Shown here: in pieces, positions 39,616 through 49,700 of the stretch
Position numbering within the stretch: the stretch's first letter is position 1
Layout: each line of letters begins with the position of its first letter
Virus record (IMG/VR): IMGVR_UViG_3300001799_000004
Location: 1-59,554 of that record
Length of the DNA stretch: 59,554 nucleotides
Origin: a virus
Taxonomy: Duplodnaviria; Caudoviricetes
Reading direction: 5' to 3' (one strand)
Program-made: the position numbers and the translations under genes
The notes under the pieces: model-generated
Databases searched by the model: none
The model's input: only the letters and a program-made list of their open reading frames with translations
What the model was told of the DNA's origin: nothing

Positions 39616-39807
39616 CTATATGCTGATCACCAATCGGTCTGAGTGAACCTCTACTTTTACCCTATCGCCTGAATCAATACCGGCCTCTTTAAGCCAGTGT
39701 CCGGTCAGGACAAGTTGCGGCTTAGGTATTGGGCGGTTGTAGAACGAACGACGGGTTTTCCGCGGGGATTCCGTGAACTCTCTTACTTTAATCTCTCTGA
39801 TGTACAT
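39616..39807 (-). CDS. symE: SymE-family toxin (AbrB-like fold)
   Basis: PQLVLTGHWLKEAG...GDRVKV....LVI. Confidence 0.8.
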   Translation of the reverse strand: MYIREIKVREFTESPRKTRRSFYNRPIPKPQLVLTGHWLKEAGIDSGDRVKVEVHSDRLVISI

Positions 39808-39822
39808 TGTTGATGGATTAGG

Positions 39823-40656
39823 TTAATAACTCGAAACTGGTTCAAATACTTCAAATATTGAAAGCTGTTGACCGGGTTTGTATTCTGGTAAAATGATCGT
39901 TTGCTTGACTGGTTCAGTCTGTTTCTCTGGATGTGCTTTGATTGGCTCTCCATCATTCGAATGCCAAACCTGCCAGGCAACAGATTGTTCTTTCCTGATA
40001 GGTACAATATGGGGCAATCCGCCGAGAGTGAAAATCCGTGGATTGATTTCATAGCCAAAGACAAAATGATCAGGCCACAGGCTGTCACCATTAAGTGCCT
40101 GACCTTTGCAGCCGTGCAGAGCAAGGTTAATTGCAGTCATTTTAGTGCAGATAACATCTACATCCTGACCAACGAGATAGTTGCCCGGGGCAACCTTATT
40201 AAATGCAAGTAGCATTCTGCCGGACCCGCTTGCCGGGTCATTTACTGTAAGACCAGTTCGTTTTTCATCACATTCGCTCAGGGGTTGCTGAATCTGAGCC
40301 ATGAAGTCACACACTGTTGGTGGGGTAAAAAACTGACCAAGGAATGAAGCTTTGCTGTAGGATGCAATTTCTTCATACAGGGTTCCCAGAGCATCATACC
40401 AGGCAAGATCTTCCGACATATTGTCGGCCATTGTGTTGACAAGAGCTGTGAACATTTCATTAAACCGGGGGTAATCTTCCTTGTAACGACCTTTGAGTTG
40501 ATCTGCCAGCTCCTTGTCACCTTCCCACAGGAAGCATGCAGTGGTGTAGTCTATGAAGTCCCTGAATATATCATAGTCATAGTAGTATCCCCGGAATGAG
40601 TTCAGCACTTTGACGAAGTGCCTGAGTGCAGGTGGAAAATCACGAGTCTTTGCCAT
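39823..40656 (-). CDS. N6-MTase-like protein lacking catalytic motif IV
   Basis: GQFFTP, DPASGSG, GQDVD, NGDSL present; no NPPY/F. Confidence 0.75.
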   Translation of the reverse strand: MAKTRDFPPALRHFVKVLNSFRGYYYDYDIFRDFIDYTTACFLWEGDKELADQLKGRYKEDYPRFNEMFTALVNTMADNMSEDLAWYDALGTLYEEIASYSKASFLGQFFTPPTVCDFMAQIQQPLSECDEKRTGLTVNDPASGSGRMLLAFNKVAPGNYLVGQDVDVICTKMTAINLALHGCKGQALNGDSLWPDHFVFGYEINPRIFTLGGLPHIVPIRKEQSVAWQVWHSNDGEPIKAHPEKQTEPVKQTIILPEYKPGQQLSIFEVFEPVSSY

Positions 40657-40795
40657 TTCTTCTGATAATGTAGCGTTCGCCATCCTCATTGTCGACAATG
40701 GCCAGCCTTTTGTCCTTACTCATTAATTGAACGATAGAGGAACTTGTCATTGTTTTGAATTCCTCTGGTGAAACGATAGTTTTCTGCTTTTTCAT
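40640..40795 (-). CDS. 51-aa hypothetical protein (below track cut-off)
   Basis: MKKQKTIVSPEEF...RRNGKDS overlapping next start. Confidence 0.5.
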   Translation of the reverse strand: MKKQKTIVSPEEFKTMTSSSIVQLMSKDKRLAIVDNEDGERYIIRRNGKDS

Positions 40796-40811
40796 TTTTT
40801 TAGGTGTTTAT

Positions 40812-41144
40812 TTAAAAACAAGGGTCAATTCTCATTGCATGAGTATTCAGGGCGATGGCTGTACCACTCATTGATTCTCCTTTACGGACCCATCTTCCGT
40901 TCTTTCTTTTGCTGTAGATCTCCCCGGGGTGTTCTTCGATCACTCCGTTGATCTGGTACTTTTCGCCATAATGGTCGAGCACCGTGTAATGATTAGGTTT
41001 TACCATGATCTCTGTTGCTGAGATTACTTCGGTTACCGTGTATGGGTAACGATCTGTGTAAAGGACTTCGCAGCAGGGCATCCCTACCACCGGAGCGATA
41101 GGGTTCTGCTGCATGATCATTGATTGAAAGCTTACTGTGTTCAT
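40812..41144 (-). CDS. Hypothetical phage protein
   Basis: YTDRYPYTV...RKNGRWV...DPCF. Confidence 0.65.
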   Translation of the reverse strand: MNTVSFQSMIMQQNPIAPVVGMPCCEVLYTDRYPYTVTEVISATEIMVKPNHYTVLDHYGEKYQINGVIEEHPGEIYSKRKNGRWVRKGESMSGTAIALNTHAMRIDPCF

Positions 41145-41191
41145 ATGATTAAATGTTATGGCCGGAGGTCTCGCCCCGGCCGGGTTATTTC

Positions 41192-41416
41192 TTACCAACC
41201 TATTTTGTCTTTGACATCTCCGGGAAGGTATCCAATCTGATTTCCTTCAACGAGGTAAACTACCTCAGCAGGTTCATCTTCGGACTCTTCATCTGGATTG
41301 CATTCTACAACACCTTGGATTGCATACTCAAACGGCCAGCCTGGTTGACTGGCGAACCTAACTTCTGCTTCCGGATTCATTCCTTCAAGTTCTTCAATTA
41401 ACCCTCTTACTCTCAT
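41192..41416 (-). CDS. Small acidic hypothetical protein
   Basis: MRVRGLIEELE..P.AEVR.ASQP.WPFEY. Confidence 0.65.
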   Translation of the reverse strand: MRVRGLIEELEGMNPEAEVRFASQPGWPFEYAIQGVVECNPDEESEDEPAEVVYLVEGNQIGYLPGDVKDKIGW

Positions 41417-41444
41417 GGTCTTTAATGTTTTAGTGTTATTTCCT

Positions 41445-41480
41445 TACGAATTTACGAAATATTTTATTAAATATAACAAT
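41445..41480 (-). promoter_or_regulatory. Promoter for leftward accessory operon
   Basis: Minus-strand TTG...TAAATTCG in very AT-rich intergenic DNA. Confidence 0.45.
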
Positions 41481-41618
41481 ATATGTAAAATATTTATATA
41501 ATTTTTATTATCAATGGTATTCAGAAGATTAGTTAACATTTTTATGTCTATATGAGGTACACTAATATGATACACTATTTTTACAGTCTAAATTGACTTC
41601 TATCAATAACCTAACAGC

Positions 41619-42242
41619 ATGAAAATTAAAATCCTTCAAGCACTGAAAACCAGGTACGCAAACCTGGGGTTTGGCGACAAAGCATTTGACGGGGTGGCTG
41701 ACTATTTGTCAAAAACCGTCACAGAAGAATCACAGATCGAAACCGCAACAGCCGGGGTCGAACCGCTGCTAAAAGCTTTCCAGGGCGACATTGACAAAGT
41801 CCGTACAGAACTAAGTCAGAAAACCAAAGAACTGGAAGACCTGAAAAAGAAACCCGAACCTCCTAAACCGGAACCTGATGAGCCTGCATGGTTCAAAACA
41901 TGGAAAGAGGAACAAGCCAAGAAGATTGAATCTCTCGAAAAAGAGAACCATAACTTCAAGGCTGAAAAGGCAAAGGAAACCCGGACAGTGCAGGTAGCAG
42001 CAAAAGTTAAAGAACTCGGAATCCCTGAATGGAGAATGAAAGGGGTGACTGTTCCGGAAACCCTCGATGAGGCCGGTGTCACAACTTTTCTCACAGAAAT
42101 CAAACAGGAATTGATTACCGCAGGGCTTGGTGGAAAGACCGAAACAGGAACACTGGTACAAGGAGATGAGGCACTCAAGCAAATCGCTGCTGGCCTTGTC
42201 GACAAGTACTCTGTCTCTGATTCACCGGTCAAAAAAGAGTAA
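41619..42242 (+). CDS. Capsid scaffolding protein
   Basis: Coiled-coil, charged, EPAWFK; precedes decoration and MCP. Confidence 0.75.
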   Translation: MKIKILQALKTRYANLGFGDKAFDGVADYLSKTVTEESQIETATAGVEPLLKAFQGDIDKVRTELSQKTKELEDLKKKPEPPKPEPDEPAWFKTWKEEQAKKIESLEKENHNFKAEKAKETRTVQVAAKVKELGIPEWRMKGVTVPETLDEAGVTTFLTEIKQELITAGLGGKTETGTLVQGDEALKQIAAGLVDKYSVSDSPVKKE

Positions 42243-42266
42243 TTAACCCTTTAAAACCGAAATCTG

Positions 42267-42878
42267 ATGAATTTCAAGAAACAATCTTATGGTGGTGGAC
42301 GCCCTGTCTTTGTTACCCCCCCTGACCTTGTGTTGGGCGGGTTTGAACTTGACACAACAGGACAGTCCCTGCCCATTGGCACTGTAATCCCTGCCGGAAC
42401 TCTTGCCGTGTGCGATGAGTCCACGCGCAAGGTAAAACTGCTCAAATCAGCCCGGGTCATAGCGATCAGCACAGCTGATTCCAAGATCGTGACCGTAGAG
42501 CATGATGAATTCCTGTCGAACCTGTTCGCCGTTGGCGATTTGGTACATATTATCCCTGCTGTTGATCCCGATCCACTCGTAGAGATCACCGTAACAGCCG
42601 TAAACGAGGGAACTATTACCCTCTCTGCAGAAATCCCAGACCTTGAAGTTGGGGATGTAATTACTCAGATTGTGAAAGTTGTGGATGCAGCTGCATTCAT
42701 TGCAACTTTCAACTGTGTGGTTATCGCCCAGGTTAAGGTCGTTGATGGCATCAATGGTATTGATGTTTCAAAGGATGCTGAAATCTACGCACGCAGGGTG
42801 CTCCCGGTTCCGTCTTCGCTTAAAACGAATGACATGCTTTCGACCAATCCGCACATCCGCTATTCCAATTCACTCTAA
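42267..42878 (+). CDS. Head decoration protein
   Basis: GTVIPAGT motif, position upstream of MCP. Confidence 0.7.
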   Translation: MNFKKQSYGGGRPVFVTPPDLVLGGFELDTTGQSLPIGTVIPAGTLAVCDESTRKVKLLKSARVIAISTADSKIVTVEHDEFLSNLFAVGDLVHIIPAVDPDPLVEITVTAVNEGTITLSAEIPDLEVGDVITQIVKVVDAAAFIATFNCVVIAQVKVVDGINGIDVSKDAEIYARRVLPVPSSLKTNDMLSTNPHIRYSNSL

Positions 42879-42906
42879 CTCTAAAAAGTAAAGGAGGACC
42901 AATAAC

Positions 42907-44022
42907 ATGAAATCATTTTTTAATTCTGAACTTTTTGGAGATTTGACCAGGTTGGTACAGATCACTTTTGACCAGGCAAGCGAAAAGCAAAAACAACTTT
43001 TCAGCCAGGCTTTCACCGACCAGCTTATGGACTGGGACACCCCACAGTACGGACTTACCTTCGAAGAAATCGTTGGTACATTCAAACTTACCGTTCTTGC
43101 CTCTGTTATTGGCGACAATGCCGCCACCCCTTTGCGCTCGCATGATGGGCTTGGCACATTCCAGGGAAGCATCCCGAGGATTGGCCATAAATTCCCCATG
43201 CAGGCCAATAAGCTGAGGGAGTTGCTTCAGATGCTCGAAACAAAGCGCATCACAGACTCTGCCAAAATCGCAAAGCTTCAGGAGACCATGTTTGCAAATG
43301 TGGCCGATGCAGTTAAAGGCGTTAAGGACAGGCTTGACTTTATTACCCTGACAGCCCTATCCAATGATGGAGTTGTCACCTTCAATGAGTCAAATAACCC
43401 TGATGGACGCCGCTGGCAGCTTGACTACCAGTTACCGGATGCTAACAAGAAGTTTGTTAGCGCAATCTGGAGCGATGCAAACCTGACAACTGCGGATCCA
43501 TTTGCTGACCTCATTGAGATCGTAAATGAATTCAAAGGCAAGGTTGAGTTTGGAGCCATGCTCATGGATAATTCAACGGCACTGAAGCTTGCCCGGTTCA
43601 AAACAATCAAACAAGCTATCTACGGTACTGACAAGCTCAATACTCCTCTTGCACTTGACTTCATGAACCAGCAGCTTTCAAGGTTTGGCCTACCTCCGAT
43701 CATGGTAGTAAGCAAACGTAATGATGTGCTTGTTGATGGCAAGAGGACGGTTATCAATCCATGGAACACATCTAAAGTAGTGTTTATCCCAACGGGTAAG
43801 ATTGGTATCGTAAAGACTGCCTTTGAAGACAGCCAGATCATGCCGGAAGAAAACGTATCCTACTCGACCTATGACCGTGGTAACATCGTGGTCGCTCAGT
43901 GGAGAACAGGTGAAAGCAAGAACGAGCTGGCAGCCGAAATGACTCAGGCTTCTTCCCGGGCTTTACCGGTGTTCACTACCATTGATGGTATTGTTTCACT
44001 TAATGTGACAGCAACTGAATAA
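42907..44022 (+). CDS. Major capsid protein (lambda gpE-like)
   Basis: Size, synteny, W...ADPFADL, VVFIP.GKIG, ALPV. Confidence 0.88.
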   Translation: MKSFFNSELFGDLTRLVQITFDQASEKQKQLFSQAFTDQLMDWDTPQYGLTFEEIVGTFKLTVLASVIGDNAATPLRSHDGLGTFQGSIPRIGHKFPMQANKLRELLQMLETKRITDSAKIAKLQETMFANVADAVKGVKDRLDFITLTALSNDGVVTFNESNNPDGRRWQLDYQLPDANKKFVSAIWSDANLTTADPFADLIEIVNEFKGKVEFGAMLMDNSTALKLARFKTIKQAIYGTDKLNTPLALDFMNQQLSRFGLPPIMVVSKRNDVLVDGKRTVINPWNTSKVVFIPTGKIGIVKTAFEDSQIMPEENVSYSTYDRGNIVVAQWRTGESKNELAAEMTQASSRALPVFTTIDGIVSLNVTATE

Positions 44023-44026
44023 TACC

Positions 44027-44341
44027 ATGACAAACCTGGAAGCATTACTGGCCGAATGTGAGCCTTACACTGTTTCAACGAAACAGGCGGAAAAGGTACT
44101 GATCGATCTGGAATTGCAGCCCGAGGAAGAATATTCCTCTGAGAAAGTAATTGCCAAAGCAGCTGTCAATATTATATCCCGGTTCCTGTCACTGAATTCA
44201 GAGACAGAAGGTGGGTTCTCACAGAACTATGATACAGACGGATTGAAAACAAGGATCAGAGCACTATGTCAAACAGCCGGTCTTGATGCTTCCAGGTATG
44301 TCTATCAAAGCACGATAAGCGACGGATCAAAACATTGGTAG
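44027..44341 (+). CDS. Head-tail adaptor
   Basis: Synteny; SETEGGFS. Confidence 0.7.
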   Translation: MTNLEALLAECEPYTVSTKQAEKVLIDLELQPEEEYSSEKVIAKAAVNIISRFLSLNSETEGGFSQNYDTDGLKTRIRALCQTAGLDASRYVYQSTISDGSKHW

Positions 44342-44343
44342 TG

Positions 44344-44664
44344 ATGAGGTACAAACACAGCTTATTTCTTCAGAACATAAATGGCGAAAGTCAGCAAGAC
44401 GAAAGCGGCAACTTCATTGTGAACGAGCCTCTTTCATCCTTTGTTTGCTTCTGCAGGGAAGAACCAAACGGTTCAGGAAGAAAGATCAGTTCTCCTGACG
44501 GGGAGAGTGTTTTGTACAGTTCCATTATCCACGCTCCACCTGAATGCCCCGACCTTGATCCAGGGACAGTAATTATCATCAATGATATTAAAGGCCGTCC
44601 CAGAATCAAGGGCAATATCCTACGGTTTTCACGAGAACAAAAAAATTGCAGGATATGGGTTTAA
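44344..44664 (+). CDS. Head closure protein
   Basis: Synteny. Confidence 0.65.
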   Translation: MRYKHSLFLQNINGESQQDESGNFIVNEPLSSFVCFCREEPNGSGRKISSPDGESVLYSSIIHAPPECPDLDPGTVIIINDIKGRPRIKGNILRFSREQKNCRIWV

Positions 44665-45131
44665 AGGCGAAGAATGGTAATGCTTTTCTTAAGGAAAGGG
44701 TAAGGGAGATTAAGGCCAGGGTAGATTTGGCTATTTTCAACCGGTTAACCAAAATTGGAGAAGAATTGGTAAACTATGCCAGAAGCGTACCTCCCGAAAC
44801 TGGGTTTTCAGATCATACCGGCAATCTACGTAGTTCGATAGGATATGTAATTGTAGAAGATGGAAGCGTTGTTCGGGAAGACTTTGTTACTGTTGTTGGG
44901 TCAGAGCCGAAACATGTTGAAGGCAAAACTGTTGGCAAAAACTATGCCCTGGAATTATCAAAACATCACACAAAAGGATATGCTCTGATTTTTGTTGCCG
45001 GCATGGACTATGCATTTGCTGTTGAGAGTCGTGGACGTGATGTCCTTACCTCAACTGAATATCAAGCTCAGATAAAGCTGCCGCAAGAATTGCAAAAGCT
45101 TAAAGAGCAAATCAAACTCATGAAGGTATGA
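44655..45131 (+). CDS. HK97 gp10-like neck/tail completion protein
   Basis: DHTGNLRSSIG, AGMDYA.AVE. Confidence 0.8.
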   Translation: MGLKAKNGNAFLKERVREIKARVDLAIFNRLTKIGEELVNYARSVPPETGFSDHTGNLRSSIGYVIVEDGSVVREDFVTVVGSEPKHVEGKTVGKNYALELSKHHTKGYALIFVAGMDYAFAVESRGRDVLTSTEYQAQIKLPQELQKLKEQIKLMKV

Positions 45132-45544
45132 AAACGACAAATGAAGCCATTGATGTAGTATGGAAACAGGTCAACGCTTGTCTTTCGGGTAACATTGGTG
45201 GTGGCATATATAAAATCGCAAGACCATTTGACTCAAAGTTAGAGGATGTTGTCATAAACACTCTTCCAATTACTGGGGAATCAATTCAGTCTTGTGTTTT
45301 ATATATCAATTGTTTTGTACCCAATCCAATCTTAAAAATCAAGGGTAAGTCAGATAACAGCTTACCAGATTACGCCAGGCTAAAAAGCCTAACCGCATCA
45401 ATAATAAGCCAAGTAGATTTGATTGCCTTACCTGGAACTTTTCAATTTGTAGAGAACCAGGCAATACTTAAAAACGAAGGTGTTCAAGAACACTTTTCGA
45501 GTATCAGGATACAGTTCATGTTTACTGGCGATGACGAATCATAA
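45128..45544 (+). CDS. Tail terminator
   Basis: Synteny; EDVVIN, INCFVP. Confidence 0.65.
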   Translation: MKTTNEAIDVVWKQVNACLSGNIGGGIYKIARPFDSKLEDVVINTLPITGESIQSCVLYINCFVPNPILKIKGKSDNSLPDYARLKSLTASIISQVDLIALPGTFQFVENQAILKNEGVQEHFSSIRIQFMFTGDDES

Positions 45545-45562
45545 CAGCTAATAAATCAAAAA

Positions 45563-46069
45563 ATGGGACGAAGAATATCTATTGGATTAAAAAGCATCAA
45601 AATTGGTGCTGTTGAATTGGACGGTGGAATGGGAACAACTCTAGCTGCTCTTGACGGAACCTTTCAAGGTTCTGCTTCTATCACGCAGGCAGATGGAGAA
45701 ACCACTGAATTTTATATTGAAGAACAGGACGACCCGATTGAGATTGTGTCCAAGCAGGGTGCAATCACTGTTGAGTTTTCAATTGTTGACCTTACGCCTG
45801 CAACACTGAAAAAAGTTCTTGGAGGCGAAATCACTGGTGTCGGTGACTCTGCTTCATGGTCTGCTCCTGCAGAAGCCCCTGCAATCGAGCAGAGTATTGA
45901 AATCATATCATTAAAGAACGTCAAGTATGAAATTACCCGAGCAAAGATCGAGGCAAAGCTTGACGTGAAACTCAGCAAAAAGGAAATGGCTGTTGTTGTT
46001 ATCAAGGCCACCGTCCTTTCGCCCACAAAGGAAGGTGAGGCAAAAATGAAAATCAGTCAGGTTGCCTAA
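45563..46069 (+). CDS. Major tail tube protein
   Basis: Synteny, beta-rich, followed by attenuating hairpin; no sheath gene. Confidence 0.8.
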   Translation: MGRRISIGLKSIKIGAVELDGGMGTTLAALDGTFQGSASITQADGETTEFYIEEQDDPIEIVSKQGAITVEFSIVDLTPATLKKVLGGEITGVGDSASWSAPAEAPAIEQSIEIISLKNVKYEITRAKIEAKLDVKLSKKEMAVVVIKATVLSPTKEGEAKMKISQVA

Positions 46070-46085
46070 CTAACTAACCAGCTAA

Positions 46086-46112
46086 TAAAGCCCAAGCAAA
46101 ACTTGGGCTTTA
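46086..46112 (+). terminator. Hairpin after tail tube gene
   Basis: TAAAGCCCAAG / CTTGGGCTTTA. Confidence 0.65.
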
Positions 46113-46125
46113 ATGCTCACATGAT

Positions 46126-46593
46126 ATGACAGATCAGGACAAATTAACGGTTGAGAAGCGGGCTATTGAAACCCTGCTTTCACACGGAATGACATTTCGT
46201 GTCGGCCGGATTAAATTTTTAGTCAAGCAACCCTACTTAGGAACCTTGTTACATCTGAGTAAAATCTATGCTGAAATTGCTATTGATGAAGAAAAGTTGA
46301 AGGATTCGGCCTATGCCGGTAGTTTTGTATTGGTTCAGGAAAACGCTGTGCGTGTATCACGCATGATCGCTATTGCCGTGCTTAACGGCAAGTGGAAAAT
46401 ACGGCTGTTTACCGGAATCCTTTCAAACTACTTTCTGTGGCGCATCAATCCCGAAAAACTCTTTGGTGTGATGGGAATAGTAATTGCTCTTAGCAATACT
46501 GCATCTTTTACGAACTCTATCAGATTGATACAAGCACTGAGGCTGATGAAGCCGAAGGAGGAAAATCTGAGCCGGGACATCACAGGGGATTAA
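46126..46593 (+). CDS. Tail assembly chaperone (gpG-like)
   Basis: Between tail tube and tape measure. Confidence 0.75.
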   Translation: MTDQDKLTVEKRAIETLLSHGMTFRVGRIKFLVKQPYLGTLLHLSKIYAEIAIDEEKLKDSAYAGSFVLVQENAVRVSRMIAIAVLNGKWKIRLFTGILSNYFLWRINPEKLFGVMGIVIALSNTASFTNSIRLIQALRLMKPKEENLSRDITGD

Positions 46594-46787
46594 ATAGCCT
46601 GTGGGGCAGTCTGTGGAGTGTTTGCACTGCTACTGGCTGGACATTGGAATACCTGATTTGGGGCATCACATGGGTTAATCTGCAAATGATGATTGTTGAT
46701 GCGCCACGTTACACGTCAGCAAATAATACAGATGTAATAAACGAGCCTGATGATATTGAAGAAATCGAACAACTCTTAAATTTATGA
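46494..46787 (+). CDS. gpT-like -1 frame extension of tail chaperone
   Basis: Open -1 frame GLNSLWG..GWTLEYLIWGITWVNLQMMIVDAP ending on the tape-measure start. Confidence 0.7.
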   Translation, partial: QYCIFYELYQIDTSTEADEAEGGKSEPGHHRGLNSLWGSLWSVCTATGWTLEYLIWGITWVNLQMMIVDAPRYTSANNTDVINEPDDIEEIEQLLNL

Positions 46788-49700
46788 ATGGTTCAGGCCC
46801 CTTAGACTTCGAAGCCACGATTGACGCCAAAACCTTCAATTCCATGCTTGATGAAATGGAGAGAAGGCTAAAGGGTGTTGGTACAACAGCAGTAAACGAA
46901 GGTTCGAAAATTGACGATTCGTTCAAGAAAGCTGCCGCTGCAATGGCGGCGTATTTTAGTGCCGGTTTTGCAAAGAACGCAATCAAGGAAATCGGACAAG
47001 TAAGGGGTGAATTTCAACAGCTTGAAATCGCTCTTGAAACAATGCTAAGAAACAAGGCATTGAGTGACAAGTTAATGAGCGAAATTGTCACTTTCGCAGC
47101 TAAAACCCCTTTTGACCTTAAAGGTGTTGCATCAGGGGCGAAACAGTTGCTTGCATACGGTACGCAGGCAAAAGACATCATTCCTACAATGCGTAAGCTT
47201 GGTGATATTGCAGCCGGGCTTTCAATCCCTTTCGGCGATCTTGTTTACCTGTACGGAACCAGTGCGACACAGGGCAGAATCATGACAAAGGACCTGATGC
47301 AGTTTGCTGGCAGGGGTATTCCGGTCATTGGTGAATTGAGTAAAATTCTCAATGTTTCAAAGGCTCAGGTGATGGAACTTGCAAGTCAGGGCGCACTTTC
47401 ATTTGAGCACTTACAAAAGGTTGTCGAAAATCTCACAAACGAAACCGGCATGTTTGGCGGCATGATGGATAAGCAATCAAAATCCATCACCGGCCTTGCA
47501 TCGAACCTTGGCGATGCATGGGATAAGATGTTGAACAATATCGGTGAAGCAAATCAAACCACGTTTGAGGACGGTATTAAACTCGCAATTAGGCTGACTG
47601 AGAATTACGAAACGATCATTGACGTTTTGAAGGTGTTGATTGCTACTGTTGGTGTTTATAAGGCCGCTGTAATTATGAACACTGTTGCAATGCAAGGATA
47701 TTCCGGTGCTCTTGGACTTGCTGTAATTCGTCAAAACCTGCTTAATCTCGCTCAGAAGGCAACGCCTTGGGGAATTGCGCTTACTGGTATCACTGCATTG
47801 GTTGGCGCTTTGTATGTTTACAATAAAGCAGTTGGTGATACAAAAACGATTACACAACAAATCAATGCAGAAGTATCTAAGGAAGCAACAAGCCTTGACA
47901 GCCTGTTCGAGTCAGCGAAAAAGGCCGCAACAGGAACAGATAAAAGAAAGGCCGCTATCGAATTGATCAACTCAAGATATTCCATATATCTTGACAACCT
48001 GCTCACTGAGAAATCTGCCATTGAGGATATTGAGAAAGCGCAGAAAAAGGCGACAAACGCTATTATTGCCAATATTGCCGTAAAACAAAGCAAGGCAAAA
48101 CTCGAAGAAACCCTTGGAACAATCAGCACATCATTTGATGATAAATTCGGAGATTTTCTTTCTGCATACTCAAACTCATTTGGTGCTGATCGGGTTGGTG
48201 AATTTATCAACTCCATTAATGATGCCGTTGACAAAGAAATTAACGCAAGAGGTGGTATAATCGAGCGTGGTACGCTTGAATACTCCCAATTTGCAAAGAT
48301 GCTTTATGATGATTTTGTTTCAGATTTAAGTAAGAAGTCCGGGTATCTTAAATTTTCGTTTGAAGATTTCAAAAACGCCTTCATTGGTTTTGCTGATATT
48401 AAGGCCGAACAACTCCCAATGATTGATCAACTGCAGGCAATGATTGAAAACTATCAGGGACTTGTTGTTGAAAAAATCGATCCTGAACAAGTCATTGCTG
48501 ATTCTACAGTAAAAACACTTGCTGAAAAGCTGAAAGAGATTCAACAGCTTTACGAAAATTATTATACATGGGCTGAACACTATGGAGAGGAATCTGCCAA
48601 TACTCAATTTGCTAACCTGATAAAAGGCGGCGGTTCGTTTTTGGAGTACTTGGACAGGGAAATCAAAAAGATCGAAGGACGAAAGAAAAAATCGAGTGGC
48701 GATACCTCTGACCTTTCCACTTTGCTTGCAGCCCGGGATGGCCTTACCGGTGCAGAAGGAAGTTTTAAGGGATTCGAAAAAATGATTGGTGACGCAAAAG
48801 ACCGATACAAAGATTTAATCGACTACATCTCTTTTTTGAACGATCAGATTGACTCTACACCCTTTGACGGATCTGAATTGTCGTTTCAAAAGATAAGCCT
48901 GCTAATCAGTGAAATTAATCAGGCAGAAAAAGGCTTAATCAACACAAGTGTTGGTACTTACAATGAACTAAAGAAACAGGCAAGTGATTTTGCTAACAGA
49001 AGGCTTGCAATTGAAAACGAGTATGTTGAGAATATAAAGAAGCTTGACCGAAAATCATTGGGCGAAGAAAAGTACAATGAGGCTGTTGCTATTGCTGAGA
49101 AAATCAAGGCCGCAAAACTCGCAGCAATTAAAGAGGAAGAGATCAAGTCAAATGAAGCTTACAAAGCCATTTCAGGACAGATTGAAGGAGTAACCAGAGT
49201 AGCCATGAAAGGCTATCTTGACCAGCTTAAACTTCAACTGCTGACCCTTGACAAACAAAGTGATTTGTATATTCAGATTACCAAACTTATAAAAGACACC
49301 GAAAAAGGGCTGAGAAATCAGACTATTGATGATGTGAATAAGATTGCAAGCGGTTTCCGTGATGCCTCTGCTTTTGTAAGGGTTTTTGATGAAGATTTGG
49401 CCGGTGTAGTGGATAGCCTCTCTAATGTTGCCAGCGGCATTGCCCGGATGATGGCCGGTGACTATGTTGGTGGTGGTTTACAGATATTAACCTCAATCTT
49501 TTCCACAATCATTGAATCAAGTGACCGGGCTGCAAAAAAAGCAGAGGAAAGACAACAGCAGATTTTGGGAGACCTGCAGGAAAGGCTTGCAAACATCAAC
49601 ACCCTGCTTGAAAGACAGATTGCCTTAATCAATCAACTTTCCGGAACCGACAAACTCAAAGGTTACGCTGATTCGTTCTATTCCATTGGTAATGATATTG

